This document shows, piece after piece, positions 18,847 to 28,164 of a DNA stretch of 54,925 nucleotides. Below the pieces are notes generated by a model. It was given only the letters and a program-made list of their open reading frames with translations. It was not told the origin of the DNA and searched no databases. The translations under genes were made by a program, and so were the position numbers. This DNA comes from an uncultured Eubacteriales bacterium (GTDB taxonomy: Bacteria > Bacillota > Clostridia > Acetivibrionales > CAYWGM01), in assembly GCA_964457875.1 (NCBI GenBank), contig CAYWGM010000003.1, positions 1 through 54,925 on the forward strand. The letters run 5' to 3'. Every line of letters starts with the position of its first letter. The stretch's first letter is position 1.

Positions 18847-19797
18847 TCAACCATAGGCGATCCTCTCGAACACCCTTAATTTAGCGCTCCTTGACCTTGG
18901 ATTCATGCTGACCTCCTGTTCGGAAGGAATAACGGGTTTTTTGGTAATGATCTTTCCGTCCGATTGCTTATTACATACACATTGCGGTATCCCCGGAGGA
19001 CAGACACATCCTTTCGCGCTTTGTGTAAAAACCGTTTTAACGATTCTGTCTTCAAGCGAATGATATGATATTACACAAATCCTTGCTTTATCTTTCAAAA
19101 GCGATATAGAACACGTAAGGGCCTTTTTTAGTGAATCAAGTTCGCCGTTCACCATGATTCTCAATGCCTGAAATGTTCTTCTTGCCGGATGCGGGCCGTT
19201 TTTCCTGGCTCCGGCAGGTATAGCGTCTTTGATGATGTCACTGAGTTCAACGGTTGATCTGATTCTTCCGTTTTTTCTCCGCTCAGCGATGAATTTTGCT
19301 ATTCTGGACGCCCATCTTTCTTCTCCATATTCGCTGATGATTCTTGATATATCCCTTTCAGCAAAGTCATTAACGATTATTTCAGCAGTAAGGCAACACG
19401 AGGAGTCCATACGCATGTCAAGGGCAGCATCCTTGTTGTAGCTGAAGCCCCTCTCAGCCGAATCAAACTGGTGTGATGAAACGCCAAGGTCGAACAGTAT
19501 CCCGTCGCAGCCGGATAAATCATTTCCGCCGATACCGGCAATGTCTTTATAGTTCATCTTCAACAATCTGACCTCAGCCTGCGTCCCGATACTATCCAAT
19601 CTCTTGCGAGCCTCCTCCAAAGCTTCGGCATCAATATCCATCCCTATCAACCTGCCGTTTTTGTCAAGTTTTTGGATGATTGCCGCCGAATGCCCTCCCC
19701 CTCCTAATGTTGCATCGATATATGTGCCGAATGGCTTTATCTGAAGGTACCCGATGCACTCATCCAATAAAACCGGGTCATGGTATATCATCTTCAA
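18847..19797 (-). CDS. rsmH: 16S rRNA (cytosine1402-N4)-methyltransferase RsmH
   Basis: HDPVLLDE...[10 protein letters not shown] motifs. The start is either TTG at 19797 (overlapping the mraZ stop) or ATG at 19791. Confidence 0.95.
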   Translation of the reverse strand: MKMIYHDPVLLDECIGYLQIKPFGTYIDATLGGGGHSAAIIQKLDKNGRLIGMDIDAEALEEARKRLDSIGTQAEVRLLKMNYKDIAGIGGNDLSGCDGILFDLGVSSHQFDSAERGFSYNKDAALDMRMDSSCCLTAEIIVNDFAERDISRIISEYGEERWASRIAKFIAERRKNGRIRSTVELSDIIKDAIPAGARKNGPHPARRTFQALRIMVNGELDSLKKALTCSISLLKDKARICVISYHSLEDRIVKTVFTQSAKGCVCPPGIPQCVCNKQSDGKIITKKPVIPSEQEVSMNPRSRSAKLRVFERIAYG

Positions 19798-20225
19798 ATA
19801 CCAAGCAAAGCCATCTTCTTTGCCAATATGGAAGCATTCTGGCTATATTCTGCATTACGCATGTCCCATTTGCCTTTATCCCAAATCTCTACCCTGCCGG
19901 AAACACCGACAATACATATATCCTTGTCCAGTGATGCATATTCCTTAAGATTCTGTGCTATCAATACGCGCCCCTGCTTGTCCATTTCACATTCACAAGC
20001 TCCGGCGAAGAAGAACCTCATAAAGGATCTTGCTTCGTCATCGGTAAACGATACTGTCTTCATCTTTTCCACTATACTTTCCCATTCAGCGGCAGGAAAG
20101 GCAAACAAACAAGAATCCAACCCCTTGGTAATAATGAACTTATTACCAAGTTCCTCTCTGAACTTTGCAGGGACAAAAACCCTGCTCTTGCTATCCAGTG
20201 TGTGTTGGTACTCTCCATAAAACAA
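19794..20225 (-). CDS. mraZ: transcriptional regulator MraZ
   Basis: [24 protein letters not shown] is almost identical in pattern to B. subtilis MraZ. TTG start. Confidence 0.95.
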   Translation of the reverse strand: MFYGEYQHTLDSKSRVFVPAKFREELGNKFIITKGLDSCLFAFPAAEWESIVEKMKTVSFTDDEARSFMRFFFAGACECEMDKQGRVLIAQNLKEYASLDKDICIVGVSGRVEIWDKGKWDMRNAEYSQNASILAKKMALLGI

Positions 20226-20250
20226 ATCAGCATACCTGCCTTTTTACTCT

Positions 20251-20276
20251 AACCACTTTAAACCACTCTAAACCAC
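20251..20276 (-). promoter_or_regulatory. MraZ operator: three direct GTGGTT repeats with 10 bp phasing
   Basis: Plus strand has AACCAC at 20251, 20261 and 20271. The gene strand reads GAGTGGTTTAGAGTGGTTTAAAGTGGTTAGAG. The repeats lie between the predicted -10 and the mraZ start. Confidence 0.55.
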
Positions 20277-20285
20277 TCTTATGTC

Positions 20286-20314
20286 ATTCTAATGCATAAT
20301 CAATGAAAAGACAA
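20286..20314 (-). promoter_or_regulatory. candidate sigma-A promoter of the mraZ/dcw operon
   Basis: Gene strand reads TTGTCT (20314-20309), 17 nt spacer, TAGAAT (20291-20286). The MraZ repeats begin about 10 nt downstream of the -10. Confidence 0.45.
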
Positions 20315-20333
20315 GATATTTTTTTTATTTTTT

Positions 20334-20368
20334 AAAAAAATAATAATAAAATAGGAATTTAGTCCTAT
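20334..20368 (-). terminator. weak candidate intrinsic terminator after rodA
   Basis: Gene strand has ATAGGA-CTAAAT-TCCTAT hairpin followed by TTTATTATTATTTTTTT. The stem is only 6 bp. Confidence 0.3.
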
Positions 20369-20404
20369 GTCAAGAATATAATTATTGGTTGGTAACTTAG
20401 GGTA

Positions 20405-21538
20405 TTAAGGATTGAATATCGCTCGTTTTCTTCTTATGGAAATGCTTAATAAAATACCTATGGCAAAATAATTAGTCATCATCGCGCTCCCGCCCGAACT
20501 GACAAAAGGTAGCGGAAGCCCTGTCACCGGCAATACGCCGATACACATCCCGATATTCTGAATAAAATGGAATCCCAACATGCTTGTGATACCTATTGCG
20601 ACAAATGAACCATAAAAGTCTCTGGAGTTCTTAGCAATGTAGATCCCTCTGAAAAGAATGCAAAAGATCAACACCAGTAATATGACTGCCCCGACAAAAC
20701 CCAATTCCTCGCCTATGGCAGTAAAAATAAAATCCGACTGGATGACGGGCACGCCCGTCTCACTGTGTGTCTGTATCCCTTTATAAAGACCGCTCCCAAG
20801 GATCTTCCCCGAACCTATTGCCATACGCGCCCGATCTAATTGGTAACCGGCTCCGAGCGGATCATTCCCTGGAAATAGGAATTCGGTAATTCTCGACCTC
20901 CGCTCGGTATCGAGGAGAAAAAACCATGCAATCGGTGCGGTTACAGCAACAGCTCCTGTTAAAATAAAAATATAACGGTATTTTATTCCGTAGACATAAA
21001 TCATTACAGCAAATATGAAGACATAAACTACAGCCATGCCGTAATCAGGCTGTAAAACTATAAGAATGACAGGAATGGCGGCATACAGCAACATTTTGAC
21101 TGTATCTTTGATCTTGGGCGATTCTTTCATCCTGTCAAGGAAAACCGGAACTATTAATATAAACGTTATTTTGGCAAATTCAGAAGGCTGGAATGAGCCT
21201 ATTACCGGAAACGGAAGCCAACTGCGGCTCCCCCAGGACGTATCCCCCACCCCTTTCCACAAAACTACTGCCAGCATGATAACACTGAATATGTATATCA
21301 GAATCGAAATGATTTTATAGTTTTTATAATCAAAAAATGAAAGCCCGATCGCCGCGACAAAACCTGTTATAAAACTTATGATCTGCGTACGCATAAGCCT
21401 CGGACCGTCGATCATATTGTTCGTTACACTCCCAAGTATGACCAGACCATAGATTGTCAGCAGGGCTACCGCTGCAATCAGAAAGTAATCAAAATGCTTC
21501 AGATAATTTATTTCTTTTGTTTTTTCAACGTAATACAT
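20405..21538 (-). CDS. rodA: SEDS family protein RodA (FtsW/RodA/SpoVE family)
   Basis: 377 aa polytopic protein with LPLPFVSSGGSAM near the C-terminus. It is a second SEDS paralog, located outside the dcw cluster. Confidence 0.85.
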   Translation of the reverse strand: MYYVEKTKEINYLKHFDYFLIAAVALLTIYGLVILGSVTNNMIDGPRLMRTQIISFITGFVAAIGLSFFDYKNYKIISILIYIFSVIMLAVVLWKGVGDTSWGSRSWLPFPVIGSFQPSEFAKITFILIVPVFLDRMKESPKIKDTVKMLLYAAIPVILIVLQPDYGMAVVYVFIFAVMIYVYGIKYRYIFILTGAVAVTAPIAWFFLLDTERRSRITEFLFPGNDPLGAGYQLDRARMAIGSGKILGSGLYKGIQTHSETGVPVIQSDFIFTAIGEELGFVGAVILLVLIFCILFRGIYIAKNSRDFYGSFVAIGITSMLGFHFIQNIGMCIGVLPVTGLPLPFVSSGGSAMMTNYFAIGILLSISIRRKRAIFNP

Positions 21539-21543
21539 ATTGA

Positions 21544-22488
21544 TTAACCTGATTCTTTTTCATCCTCAGAATGGCGCATTTTCTCTAAAAGGCCGCTATA
21601 TGCGCCTCCCTTGTCATCATCGGCTTCTATCTGCTCAAGGATTTCTTTTTTTGAGGCTCTCGCTCTCCTGACAAAAAATAATATTAAAAACAGCACGGCA
21701 GAAAGCAGGGCTATAACCTGTGATATCCTGAATATCCCAAGCATAAGGCTATCGGTTCGCAAACCCTCTATCCATGCCCTTCCTGCTCCATAAAATATTA
21801 TATAAAGAAAAAGAACCTCGCCTTCAAGTTTCTTTCTTTTCCTGAACCAGATCAGCAATGCAAATACAGCCAGATTCCACAGAGACTCATATAAAAAAGT
21901 CGGATGCACAGGCATCGACGGATCAACTACAATACCCCCGGATGCAAGATTATCGGCGTTAAATTCGAGCTCCTTCCTGATAACATCACCGGACATGCCC
22001 CATGGGAGGCTTGTATTGGTACCGAACGCCTCCTGGTTGACAAAATTGCCCCATCTCCCGATGGATTGCGCAAGAATCAAATACGGCACGCAAAAATCAA
22101 AAAGCTTCAAGACATTTATCTTCCTTTTCTTTGTAAAGAAATAAACAACGACGGACGCCCCGATAACCGCTCCGTAGATTGCAAGGCCGCCATTGCGGGT
22201 ATTGAATACCTCAAGAAGGTTGTTCTTGAAATCGCCCCAACTAAAAACGACATAGAACAGCCTGGCTGCAATTATTGCAGCAGGCGCAGCGAATAATACC
22301 ATATCAAGGATGTTTTCGGGCTCGATCCCAAATTCCCTGCTCTTTCTCAAAGCAAGCAATACGGCAAGCAGAAAACTGAAGGCAAGTATTATTCCATACC
22401 AGTAAACAGGCAGACCGAAAATCACAAAAGCAATCCGATCAATAACTATTTTCAGACCGCCAAGACCAGGAAATTCAACATAACTCAT
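21544..22488 (-). CDS. lgt: prolipoprotein diacylglyceryl transferase Lgt
   Basis: GRWGNFVNQEAFG motif and Lgt TM topology. Carries a charged C-terminal tail. Confidence 0.93.
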   Translation of the reverse strand: MSYVEFPGLGGLKIVIDRIAFVIFGLPVYWYGIILAFSFLLAVLLALRKSREFGIEPENILDMVLFAAPAAIIAARLFYVVFSWGDFKNNLLEVFNTRNGGLAIYGAVIGASVVVYFFTKKRKINVLKLFDFCVPYLILAQSIGRWGNFVNQEAFGTNTSLPWGMSGDVIRKELEFNADNLASGGIVVDPSMPVHPTFLYESLWNLAVFALLIWFRKRKKLEGEVLFLYIIFYGAGRAWIEGLRTDSLMLGIFRISQVIALLSAVLFLILFFVRRARASKKEILEQIEADDDKGGAYSGLLEKMRHSEDEKESG

Positions 22489-22491
22489 ATT

Positions 22492-23775
22492 TTACCCCCC
22501 GATAGGCTTGACCACTGAAAGGGACATCATATCGGCATCGAATAATTCCCTGAAGAGGTCAGACGCATATACAAGGGTTATTTTATCATATACATCGAAA
22601 TTATGAAATAATGAAAAGCCTTTGAAATAACTGGCAATAAAAGCATGTGATATACTGTCAATGGAATTGAATGTGCGCATCATCCTCCCGAACCAAGAGT
22701 CTTTCAATCTGTTGAATGTATCCTGATCCAATCCTGCCGCATTTATCTTATGGATTGCTGCCGAAACCTTCTCTCTAAGCTTTTCGGGATCGGTTGTCTG
22801 GCCTGAAATCGCGGAAAATGCATAGCCTCTGCCTGTTTCGTAATCAAAATCGACAGGGCTTGTGACTACTCCATTTGAATATAAATCATCGTACAATACG
22901 GAACCTCTTCCGATAAGAAGATCAAGAAGAATTTTTGCCGTTACTTCCCTTTTTAACAAATCGAGGCCTGTTTTGCCGTCTTTGAATCCTATATAAAAAA
23001 TCATATCCGATACTGCCATAAAATGCTCATAATACTTCCGGACGGACATGCCGGAGCTTCTGCCCGGAATCCTCCTTACCGCGGTTCTTTTAAGGTTGAC
23101 CGGAATTGTCCTGTCGGTAATATCAAATACCTCTTCCGGGGAAATATCACCGATTGCAATAACAATCATATTGGAGGGATGATAAAATGTATTATGGCAT
23201 TTGTATAGTATATCTTTGTCTATTTTCCCTATGCTTTCAATGCTTCCGCTGATATCACGCGACACAGGATTGCCGGGGTACAAAGACCTCATAAGGTTGA
23301 AAAACGCCGCCCATTCCGGCTCGTCCTGCTTCATGCGAATTTCCTGGCCGATGATATCCCTCTCTTTTTTAATACTATCCTCGGTAAAATATGGATTCTG
23401 AACGAACTGCAGCAGCATCTGGAAACACTTGCCGAAATTCTCCGTGCATGAAAAAAGATATACAGTGCTGGTAAGGCCCGTATAAGCGTTAGGGCTGGCT
23501 CCGAGCGCTGAAAAATCATCCATGACGCTGCCTTCCCTTTGTTCAAATAGCTTATGCTCGAGAAAATGTGCAATGCCGTCCGGAACACTTGTGATTTCGC
23601 TCTCCTCCGGGGCTATGAAATTATTGTCCACAGAACCGAAATCGGTTGCAAAAGCCGCATATTTACGAGAAAAACCTTTTTTAGGGATTACAAATGCCTT
23701 CAAACCGTTATCATATTCATGAAAATGCAGAGTTTCGCCCTGTCTGATATAATCTGCCGTATCGTATTTCATCAC
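22492..23775 (-). CDS. M16 family (insulinase/pitrilysin-like) zinc peptidase, active-site subunit
   Basis: HxxEH zinc motif present (GIAHFLEHKLFE). 427 aa. ATGA overlap with the upstream M16 paralog. Confidence 0.85.
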   Translation of the reverse strand: MMKYDTADYIRQGETLHFHEYDNGLKAFVIPKKGFSRKYAAFATDFGSVDNNFIAPEESEITSVPDGIAHFLEHKLFEQREGSVMDDFSALGASPNAYTGLTSTVYLFSCTENFGKCFQMLLQFVQNPYFTEDSIKKERDIIGQEIRMKQDEPEWAAFFNLMRSLYPGNPVSRDISGSIESIGKIDKDILYKCHNTFYHPSNMIVIAIGDISPEEVFDITDRTIPVNLKRTAVRRIPGRSSGMSVRKYYEHFMAVSDMIFYIGFKDGKTGLDLLKREVTAKILLDLLIGRGSVLYDDLYSNGVVTSPVDFDYETGRGYAFSAISGQTTDPEKLREKVSAAIHKINAAGLDQDTFNRLKDSWFGRMMRTFNSIDSISHAFIASYFKGFSLFHNFDVYDKITLVYASDLFRELFDADMMSLSVVKPIGG

Positions 23776-25082
23776 ATAGCCGCCTCTCCTGCAAGAGTAT
23801 ATATCGTATCAAGCCTGATATTCGATGCAGCCTTCCTGACATCGCAAATTTTCACCGACCTGACCTTCTCCAATGTGGAATCCAGCGTTTCATCCGCACC
23901 GCTTAGCAGCTGCCCCAGGTAGAAATCCGCAAGCTGCATTTGGTTGTCATATAAGGAGCCCATACTTGTTTCAAGGCTGCTGACTGCCTTGTTCAGTTCA
24001 TCATCAGAGACTTTCCCTTCCGATAGTTCATGAAGCTGCTCCAGAATAAGTTCTTTTACCGCTTCACGCGCTTCGTGGCTTATCCCGCTGGCAACGACCA
24101 TCAGACCTTTGAATTTCTCCATTCTCGCAAAAATGTAATATGCCAATCCGGATTCTTCCCTTACGTGCCTGAACAGCTTGGAATGCACCCCGCCTCCGAA
24201 AATGCTGCTGCATACGACCAACGGATGATAAAGACTGTCGGCAGGCGTTATATCAGTCCTGAAACCGAGGCACAGCCTGACCTGCTGAAGATCCATATTC
24301 TCTGTAACAATTTTCGGATCGGCTGTCTCTTTTTTTAAGGGGACATTTGCAGATCGGCTATTCTCCCCCGTCATTAACCTGCCCGTCTTTTTATGCATGT
24401 CCGACACCACTTCGACAATATGATCGGCCTCATATTCAGTAATCCTACCGGTCAGAAAAATAATCATCCTGTTTTGCGCGACAAACTGCCGATAATGTTT
24501 GAACAAACCGCATTTATCAATGACCTTGAAATCGTCGGCGCTTCCATATTCGTAAACGCCAAACGGTTCGCCGGTGCACATGGATTCGAAACATCTCTCC
24601 AGCGAATATTGCAGCTTATCATTTATCCTTGAGTTGATCAGCCTCCCCAGATTGTTCTTTTCCGTCTCGATGTACTCATCAAGGAAACACTCGTCTTTGG
24701 TGACCGGATCGCAGATCATATCCGACAATAGGTTTGCCGCTTCCCCGAATATGCTTCTTTTTGCAGGCAGGAAAGCATCGGCCAGAGTATCGATGTAGAA
24801 ATACACCACATGGTTTTCGCCTTTTTTTGCGACGCCGCAATCAAAAGAACTGCCAAACAGTCCTTCAAGCTTTTTTGATATGGACATGGAATCAGGATGG
24901 CTGTTGCAGCCCCTTCTGAGTACCGCCGGTATCATCGCATTCTTTGCGGCCTTTTCACTTGAAAGGGCATCGATGAAAAAGACCATGACCGAGCAGGTCT
25001 TAAACCTGTCCATCCTCAGGGCGTATATTTCAGTACGACCGAATGATGCCAGCTTAAAAGGGATATTTTCTTCAAACTTCAT
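23772..25082 (-). CDS. M16 family peptidase paralog lacking the HxxEH motif (probable non-catalytic partner)
   Basis: Length and layout match an M16B subunit, but no HxxEH is found. Start chosen at the ATG at 25082 (GAGGTG upstream). The ORF track starts 4 codons earlier. Confidence 0.78.
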   Translation of the reverse strand: MKFEENIPFKLASFGRTEIYALRMDRFKTCSVMVFFIDALSSEKAAKNAMIPAVLRRGCNSHPDSMSISKKLEGLFGSSFDCGVAKKGENHVVYFYIDTLADAFLPAKRSIFGEAANLLSDMICDPVTKDECFLDEYIETEKNNLGRLINSRINDKLQYSLERCFESMCTGEPFGVYEYGSADDFKVIDKCGLFKHYRQFVAQNRMIIFLTGRITEYEADHIVEVVSDMHKKTGRLMTGENSRSANVPLKKETADPKIVTENMDLQQVRLCLGFRTDITPADSLYHPLVVCSSIFGGGVHSKLFRHVREESGLAYYIFARMEKFKGLMVVASGISHEAREAVKELILEQLHELSEGKVSDDELNKAVSSLETSMGSLYDNQMQLADFYLGQLLSGADETLDSTLEKVRSVKICDVRKAASNIRLDTIYTLAGEAAM

Positions 25083-25173
25083 TATGCACCTCATTCATCT
25101 CATAACTTATCCATATCCAGTTTATAATGTATAATATATCAGTAATTATTCCCGCATTTAATGAGGTAAAACT

Positions 25174-25785
25174 ATGAATTATCTGGATGTGGCTGAAAAG
25201 ATATTTTTTTTAATACCTGTGCTGGTTTCCTTCTACATACTCATTACTGTGATTTCCTGCAGGAACAGAATCACTGAAGGATATCTGTTTATCATAACCT
25301 TCATATTGAACCTTCTGCCGTTCTTCATCCCCGCACCCGGAGTTTCCAATGCCTTGACCGTAATTTCGGAATTCATATTGCTTGCGTCTTTCGTTATAAT
25401 CATCCTCATGCGCAACCGGCCGATTTATCCGGGTTATGTGTTCTTTTCGCTGCTCACGGCAGCTGTAATAACTATTTTGCTAAACGTATACATAGAATCT
25501 TTACCGCAATTGTTCGCCCCCGGGGCCCCCTTGTCGTTTATGCCTGCTGTCTGCGCAATCATCAATATGTTCCTGCTAAAAAAAACCAAAGGCAGCAAAA
25601 GTGTCTTATTTTGGGCAATGGCGCTCTTTGCCGGAATGTATGCTATACATACATATATTGGAATTATGTTCATCAAATATCTTTTTATGCTGGCGAAAGC
25701 AGGTGCATATGCACTGTTTGCAGTTTATTTCATGAGCAGAAGCATCTGGTTGCTTGAATCAAAGATTTACAGGCCGGAAAACTGA
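25174..25785 (+). CDS. hypothetical polytopic membrane protein (about 6 TM)
   Basis: The only plus-strand gene. GAGGT lies 7 nt before the ATG. 203 aa, almost entirely hydrophobic helices. No recognisable motif. Confidence 0.65.
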   Translation: MNYLDVAEKIFFLIPVLVSFYILITVISCRNRITEGYLFIITFILNLLPFFIPAPGVSNALTVISEFILLASFVIIILMRNRPIYPGYVFFSLLTAAVITILLNVYIESLPQLFAPGAPLSFMPAVCAIINMFLLKKTKGSKSVLFWAMALFAGMYAIHTYIGIMFIKYLFMLAKAGAYALFAVYFMSRSIWLLESKIYRPEN

Positions 25786-26811
25786 TCAGCATATCCTTGG
25801 CAGCAATCCGGCGGATGGCATATCAAGTATCCTTACACCGCCTACAAAGGTTTTAAGCATCACCCTGCCCTGCGGTTTTTGCGTTATTTCACCGATAATA
25901 GCCGCATCCGAGCCATATTCGGTTTTTTTAAGCATATCCAATATCTGCTGAGCTGCTTGGCTTGATGAGATTATTACCATCCTGCCTTCACATGCCATAT
26001 GAAGAGGCTCAAGCCCCAGGATCTCACAGACAGCCTTCACTTCTTTCCTGACCGGGATAAGATCCTCGTACACAAGTATGCCTGTCCGGCTCTGCTGCGC
26101 CATCTCATTCAGTACGGCTGCCAGACCCCCTCTTGTCGGATCCCTCATGGCATGGATATCATGCCCGCACACCTTGATCAATGCGTTGACCATTGCGTTC
26201 AATGGCGCGCAATCACTATTTATTTCGGACTTCAGCCCGAAATCCTGTCTGGACAGCATAACCGCGCAGCCATGGTCGCCTACCGGGCCGCTTACTATGA
26301 TTTTGTCCCCGGGAATAGCCCCTGAACAGGAAATTTTGATACCGTCAGGCACGATGCCGATGCCGGAGGTATTGACGAATATCCTGTCAGCAGCCCCCTT
26401 CTGAACCACTTTTGTATCACCGGCCACTATTTCAACGCCGCAAGACGATGCGGTATCTGCCGCAGATTGCACTATCTTATCAAGATCATCGATAAGATAC
26501 CCTTCTTCAATAATAACGGCAAAAGTCAGGTAACACGGTTGTGCGCCAATTGCCGCCAAATCGTTGACAGTGCCGCAGACCGACAACTTACCGATATCTC
26601 CGCCTTTAAAGAAAGGCGGGTTGACAACAAAGCTATCGGTTGTAAAAGCAATACGCCGCGAATCTTCTTTCAAACCAATGACTGCCGAATCTTCAAGACT
26701 GTTTAATATCCTGTTTGAAAACCTCCTGATAAAAACATCATTTATCAGATCCCCAGCCTGCATTCCGCCGCCGCCATGTTCAATATTCACCCTTCCGCCC
26801 GGTATGATCAT
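25786..26811 (-). CDS. hypE: [NiFe]-hydrogenase maturation protein HypE
   Basis: PurM-like fold motifs and the diagnostic C-terminal PRIC. I prefer the ATG at 26811 (GAGGA upstream, MIIPGGRVNIEHGGGG). The ORF track is 20 codons longer and overlaps hypD. Confidence 0.92.
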   Translation of the reverse strand: MIIPGGRVNIEHGGGGMQAGDLINDVFIRRFSNRILNSLEDSAVIGLKEDSRRIAFTTDSFVVNPPFFKGGDIGKLSVCGTVNDLAAIGAQPCYLTFAVIIEEGYLIDDLDKIVQSAADTASSCGVEIVAGDTKVVQKGAADRIFVNTSGIGIVPDGIKISCSGAIPGDKIIVSGPVGDHGCAVMLSRQDFGLKSEINSDCAPLNAMVNALIKVCGHDIHAMRDPTRGGLAAVLNEMAQQSRTGILVYEDLIPVRKEVKAVCEILGLEPLHMACEGRMVIISSSQAAQQILDMLKKTEYGSDAAIIGEITQKPQGRVMLKTFVGGVRILDMPSAGLLPRIC

Positions 26812-26837
26812 GATATCCTCCGTCACTGCTTCCGAAT

Positions 26838-27929
26838 TTATTTGCATGTGTATTTGAAATGTGCGGCGCAACTGCCCTCACCGGAGACCATACAAGGTCC
26901 TACGGGTGATTCGGGTGTGCATCCGCGTCCAAACAGGGCGCATTCCTGGGGCATTCTTTTTCCGGTTATAACTTCGCCGCACAGACACCCCTCCGAATCA
27001 GAAACGATTTGTTCACTCAGACCGAAGACCTTCCATGCATCCATATCCGAGTATTCTTTCCTCAATGCCAGCCCTGAACCGGCTACGGATCCGATACCCC
27101 TCCAGTACGCATCACACGGCTCAAATACCGAATCTATGATCTCCAGCGCCCGCAGGTTGCCTTCCCGTTTCACAATTCGCCCATATGCATTAACAGCTAT
27201 GTCTTTTGCTTGTGCAATATTTTTAACAAGTACACTTATCGAATGAAGGATGTCCACAGGCTCAAATCCCGATACAACGCCGGGCACATGGTATTCAGCC
27301 GCAATATGTTCATAGAAACGCGTTCCTATTATCGCGCTCACATGTCCGGGGTAAAGCAAACCGTCAACACAACAACCATCGGAAGATACGATCTTTTCAA
27401 GCACGATAGGGATGGTCTTATTGGCTGAAAGCAGATATATGTTGCTGAGCCCTTTTTCCCGCGCTTTTATGGCAAGCAGGGCGGATGAAGGGGTGGTCGT
27501 CTCAAAACCCACAGACAAAAAAACAATATTCCTGTCCCGGTTGTTTTGCGCCATTTCTATACAATCAAGAGGAGAATAGACGATCCTGATATCGCATCCG
27601 TCAGCTTTAAGCTTTTGGAGCGACGTCCGGCTCCCCGGCACCCTGAACATGTCCCCGAATGTCGCTATGACGGTATTGCTGAGAAGGGCAAGCCTGCATG
27701 CGGCATCGAGATACCCCGACGATGTCACGCATACAGGACAGCCCGGACCTGAAACAAGTTTTATGCTTTCGGGAAGCAGGCTCTTTATGCCATACTTCGC
27801 AATGGACATGGTATGGGTGCCGCATACCTCCATAATCTTAAGAGGTCTGCCCGAATATCCGCAAAGCATATCTGAATATCTTGACGCAATACCCTTGTCA
27901 CGCAAAGCTTCTTGAATTTGCTCGATCAT
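26838..27929 (-). CDS. hypD: [NiFe]-hydrogenase maturation protein HypD
   Basis: CGTH, GPGCPVCVT and GFETT motifs. ATGA overlap with hypC. Confidence 0.95.
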   Translation of the reverse strand: MIEQIQEALRDKGIASRYSDMLCGYSGRPLKIMEVCGTHTMSIAKYGIKSLLPESIKLVSGPGCPVCVTSSGYLDAACRLALLSNTVIATFGDMFRVPGSRTSLQKLKADGCDIRIVYSPLDCIEMAQNNRDRNIVFLSVGFETTTPSSALLAIKAREKGLSNIYLLSANKTIPIVLEKIVSSDGCCVDGLLYPGHVSAIIGTRFYEHIAAEYHVPGVVSGFEPVDILHSISVLVKNIAQAKDIAVNAYGRIVKREGNLRALEIIDSVFEPCDAYWRGIGSVAGSGLALRKEYSDMDAWKVFGLSEQIVSDSEGCLCGEVITGKRMPQECALFGRGCTPESPVGPCMVSGEGSCAAHFKYTCK

Positions 27930-28144
27930 CTTAAGCCCTCTATTTCACGGAACAAACTCAGCATTTCCAATGCCGCTTCCTTGTCAATTTTCTCTATCGC
28001 GCACCCGGCATGGACAATGACGTAATCCCCTATCTCAGGATCGGAGAGAAGATCAAGGGCTATTTCCCGTGTAACACCCATTATCTCGGCAATCCCGGTT
28101 TTACCATTTATTCCGGTGATCAGGGCCGGTACGGCAAGACACAT
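27926..28144 (-). CDS. hypC: [NiFe]-hydrogenase maturation chaperone HypC
   Basis: 72 aa beginning with MCLAVP, which includes the essential Cys2. GGAGG lies upstream. Confidence 0.93.
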   Translation of the reverse strand: MCLAVPALITGINGKTGIAEIMGVTREIALDLLSDPEIGDYVIVHAGCAIEKIDKEAALEMLSLFREIEGLR

Positions 28145-28164
28145 GAATCTGATCCTCCTTTTTA

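Noticed and set aside
25174-25785. Idea that the plus-strand 6-TM protein is a HupE/UreJ-type nickel permease serving the adjacent hyp genes
   Set aside because: Size and TM count fit, but the diagnostic His-rich first-helix motif (HPxxGxDH type) is absent and the protein has almost no histidines. It is left as hypothetical.
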